Shown: one piece after another, positions 60,770 through 64,000 of the stretch
How the letters are laid out: every line of letters begins with the position of its first letter
How positions within the stretch are numbered: the stretch's first letter is position 1
Source: Pavona decussata
Lineage: Eukaryota
NCBI GenBank assembly: GCA_977016875.1
Contig: CDRNST010000049.1
Coordinates: 5,146,001-5,210,000 of the forward strand
Reading direction: 5' to 3'
DNA length: 64,000 nucleotides
Made by a program: the position numbers and the translations under genes
The notes under the pieces: model-generated
What the model was told of the DNA's origin: nothing
The model's database searches: none
Seen by the model: the letters and a program-made list of their open reading frames with translations, nothing else

Positions 60770-63680
60770 AATCCAGCAAAAACTGACAAGATTCACCAGA
60801 GAGCTCTCCTTGGTCTGACTGTGTTAGGATTGCTTTCAACTCCTGGGATTAATTTTCTGATATGTATTCCAGGAAAGCCTCTATTAGGTCTTTATCACTG
60901 ACTGCCTGTCGTCCACAGAGCGTAGCCACCATAAATGCCCTGTTGATATGAACAGGGAATATACCAGGGAATATACCAGTGAGGATATGATGCGTCTAAG
61001 TGTTCTCGTCGTGGACTCAATCTCTGGACTTACTCGCGGAACAAATGTAGAACTTCCTTCGAAGTAGTCCTCCAGGGCTTGCTTTGAGAATAGAGAATAA
61101 GCTTCTCTCTTTAGCCCATCTAGATCCATCCCAACCTCTCTGTGGAAAGAAAAGGTGACAAGCTGCTGTGTTATTTCTCTTGTGTTTTCGTACATTTTGA
61201 GAAGGTCACACATGACAGTCTCTCGATGAACCCAGACGTTTGTTACACCAGACAACTTATCGAGCGCATCCATTCTTCTTTGCTTCAAGTCCTAAATAAA
61301 CATAAATTGACATTACTTGCCATTACTTGCTATTACCCATTACACCCTCTTTCAGTGTTAAGTACATAGGGGACATCTTTCGACATGCTATGTAAATGGC
61401 TTAAGGATCATTGAACTGTGAAACTGGTAATGTTTTCCAGTTATTAGTGGAACAAATGACAAAATAATGATAATTACTGACCTTAAACGAACGAACACGA
61501 TTGTGGACTTCGCATGTTTCCCGATTTACGGAATAATTCAAACGATTTTAGTAAATTCAATTGGCTCTCAATAGTGAAGTCCGGTAGAATTGGGCCGTTA
61601 CCGCTTTTGATGTCGAAAGATGTAAACATTCAAAACAGTCGATTTATCTCTCACAGAATGACTTCTTGATAGCCTTAGATTTCAAATAAATCCATCTTTC
61701 ATGACTAAAAGTCAAGTGTGACCGTAAAGAAGTCAGTTGTGCTTACATTTTTGACACAGGCCAGGTTACATAGCATGTCGAAAAGGTAGTCGCTATGCAC
61801 ATAACACTGAAAGCGGGTGTAATTTCTCTTTACATCAAGAAGCTCTCGAGAATACAGTGGCCTTCAATTGGTGTATTTGGTAAGCTACAATTGTGAACAA
61901 ATGTTGTCGGGTCACAAAACTAGACTTTTGCACGAAAGGTGTATCTTACCTCCTCCCATAAGTAATGATAAGTGTTTAAGAGGAGTGCTAAGATTCAAGA
62001 ATGAGAGGAGAGGATGCACATGTTCGCTTCTTTTAGGGAAATTTCCTTAAAACAATTTTATAGGACTGTAGAACATCCCATCTATTTTATCAGTCTCATG
62101 GCTTTGGCGGTATCAACAAATGGGTGGACCGTAATTGGACACAGATACGTCATAAACACAAGCTATGTCCTCTTCATTCCTTTCCTATTTCTTCATGTTG
62201 TCAGCTAAGTAAAGACTGTTTAACATTTCCCTGAATCGTCGTCCAGCTGTATCAACAGAACCGCTTTCGAGTGCCACTGGATTATCCTCAGAACTTCCTG
62301 ATGGAGTGTCTTTCGTAATATTCACAACAAGTAAAACTGATTAGCTTTCACCCAACTTCAAGTGTTTTACTTGTTAGAAAACAAGCACATATGGTAATTT
62401 TGGGCCCACAAAATAGTGGTGGATATCTGGATAATAAGAAATGTTCAATATATCAAAATTCAAAGATGTGTCTGTGGCTTTCAGGAAAAAATATAGTTTG
62501 TTTTCAATAGTTTCCTTTGTCTCGTGATTCCAAGAAGAGACTTCAAGACAAAGAAAGCCATTTGAAACAAAATATAGAATGGAGTTTTCCGAAAAATCCT
62601 CAGAGTCATATTAAAAACTGATATCAAATGTGGCCTATAAAAAGACTCTATAATCATACAGTACATATAGCTTGTGTCGAAGACCTAGAAACGCCTAGAA
62701 ATTAAACGACCTGACAGTAGGAAGGTATGAAGACTACTACTTACACTTCATCTTCTTCCAGCAGCACAAGAGGTGGCTTCTCTGAAACAGGCTCCCACAT
62801 GTTGCCTTCAGATGGGATTTCAGATGGCGCCCCAAATCCATTGAAACATACCATTTGATCTAGGAATAGTGGGCTTTCATCACACTCATGAATCGACAGT
62901 GTTGCCTGGTCCACAGTTTCAATAGGCAATGCAGGGTCGAGGTTCATGCTGCCAACCATAGAAAGGCTGAAATACTCTGGGGTCAAACTGGGTGACCCCA
63001 CCCAGTCATACATAGTTCCTACATGGTCACTCTTTGGAAATTTGCGTGTAATAACACCCAGTGTTATGTCTCATCGATACTTTCACATGCAGTTCACTTA
63101 TGTCAGGCTCAGCTGGCACCCTCATTTCTCTTGTCTCACGCAGACTTTCTTGAATTGCAAATTCTTCCTGGCGACGGAGAAGCTCATCCTTTTTTGCTTG
63201 TTCTTTCTCTTGATCTCTTCTTGAAGAATCTAGAAACAATTAGTCCTGTTCTTCCTCAATGAATTTCTTTCATCAGAGGTACCTACTAAACCATCAGAAA
63301 ATGTGTCCAGTCCATTGCCAAAAACTGGTTTCAATAGTTCACTGTCGTTGTCATCGATGGTCCTGGTCAAGAGGTAAAGCCTAACTTTGTAAGTTTGTAC
63401 TTAGCAATATACTTTGCCAGTGTGAACTGCTCCTCTACTTCTTCGCCTTTAAAGTTTCCAACTTTAAATGTCATTATATCCGCTTAACCAAATGTGGACA
63501 TCCCATCAGGGAAATAAATCTCTTTCATTATGCTAAGCACGTCGACATATGAACTTTGAATTGGAACAGACATTTCCCTTGTTCCTCCTCCCTTCGCAAG
63601 TCGTACACTGACATACCGCTTTTCATTCTCACTATAATGCTGCCACCCAGCCTGGATCTTTTTATAAGTCTGGGTCTTTT
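60770..63680 (-). pseudogene. HECT-domain (G2E3-like) E3 ligase pseudogene with upstream ubiquitin-like/UBX-like segments
   Basis: VHRE....DLL.MY..F.F..E.G.D.DGL.REAYS.F....FEG...VP (HECT N-lobe); upstream RKFP..MYDWVGS and YFPDG.S.FG..RLYLLT; truncated before the catalytic Cys. Confidence 0.65.
61343..61819. mobile_element. MITE with ~52-bp TIRs and TA TSD
   Basis: TA|CACCCTCTTTCAGTGTTA..TTTCGACATGCTATGTAA versus TTACATAGCATGTCGAAA..TAACACTGAAAGCGGGTG|TA. Confidence 0.85.
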
Positions 63681-63914
63681 TACAAGGTGGTGATTGAGGG
63701 TAATCATCGGATGGACAAAACTTTCCCCTGCTAGAGGCTGCCTTACAATTTCTGGAAGTTGTACCAATAGAATTCTTATTACGTGTAGAATAGATACCAA
63801 AATTTGTGCTATTAAACTTTTTGTGTAGATCTTTCGATTTCCTTGTATAATGATTATGAATTTGATTATTTTCTATACAAAAATCATTAAAATATTTCGG
63901 TGGTGTATTTCTGC

Positions 63915-64000
63915 TAAGGTTAAAACTGAAAGAGCTTATGAGAAGATCATTAATCTGGGAGTAATTCTAGATGAAAATTTAAACCGGAAGTCCAAAATCT
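63915..64000 (+). pseudogene. LINE RT fragment at window edge
   Basis: LGVILDENLN.KS.I motif. Confidence 0.45.

Overview
AT-rich eukaryotic (animal) DNA with GT-AG introns. The repeat families suggest a cnidarian such as a coral, which is inference only. I found no intact host gene: the window is a nested transposon graveyard. From left to right: (1) an Ngaro/DIRS-type tyrosine-recombinase (YR) retrotransposon with split direct repeats, cut by a near-intact full-length CR1/L2-group LINE; (2) Gypsy integrase and Penelope fragments; (3) a spliced Kolobok DNA transposon, with a THAP-DDE transposase convergent on a P2X7-ballast-like gene and holding an internally deleted YR element; (4) Tx1/L1 fragments, a Gypsy 5' LTR-PBS-gag piece and a second ballast-like gene; (5) a 13.5-kb unit with GAG-terminal TIRs and an exact 6-bp TSD, containing a divergent P-like transposase relic, a two-gene DD38E Tc1/IS630 element with a SAM-like/CCHC cargo gene, and a near-intact BEL/Pao element; (6) a second P-like relic with an NHL-like repeat; (7) a YR relic interrupted by a complete Harbinger and a palindromic MITE; (8) a MULE-SWIM transposase and a RecQ (Academ-like) fragment; (9) a Crypton relic interrupted by a 6.5-kb Sola3-like element with ~860-bp TIRs; (10) a head-to-head tRNA-SINE hairpin, an 11-bp array and a HECT-like pseudogene. 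The best candidates for something undescribed are the 6-bp-TSD P-like transposon family and the cargo-carrying DD38E element. All family calls come from motif recognition by eye; no database searches were run.
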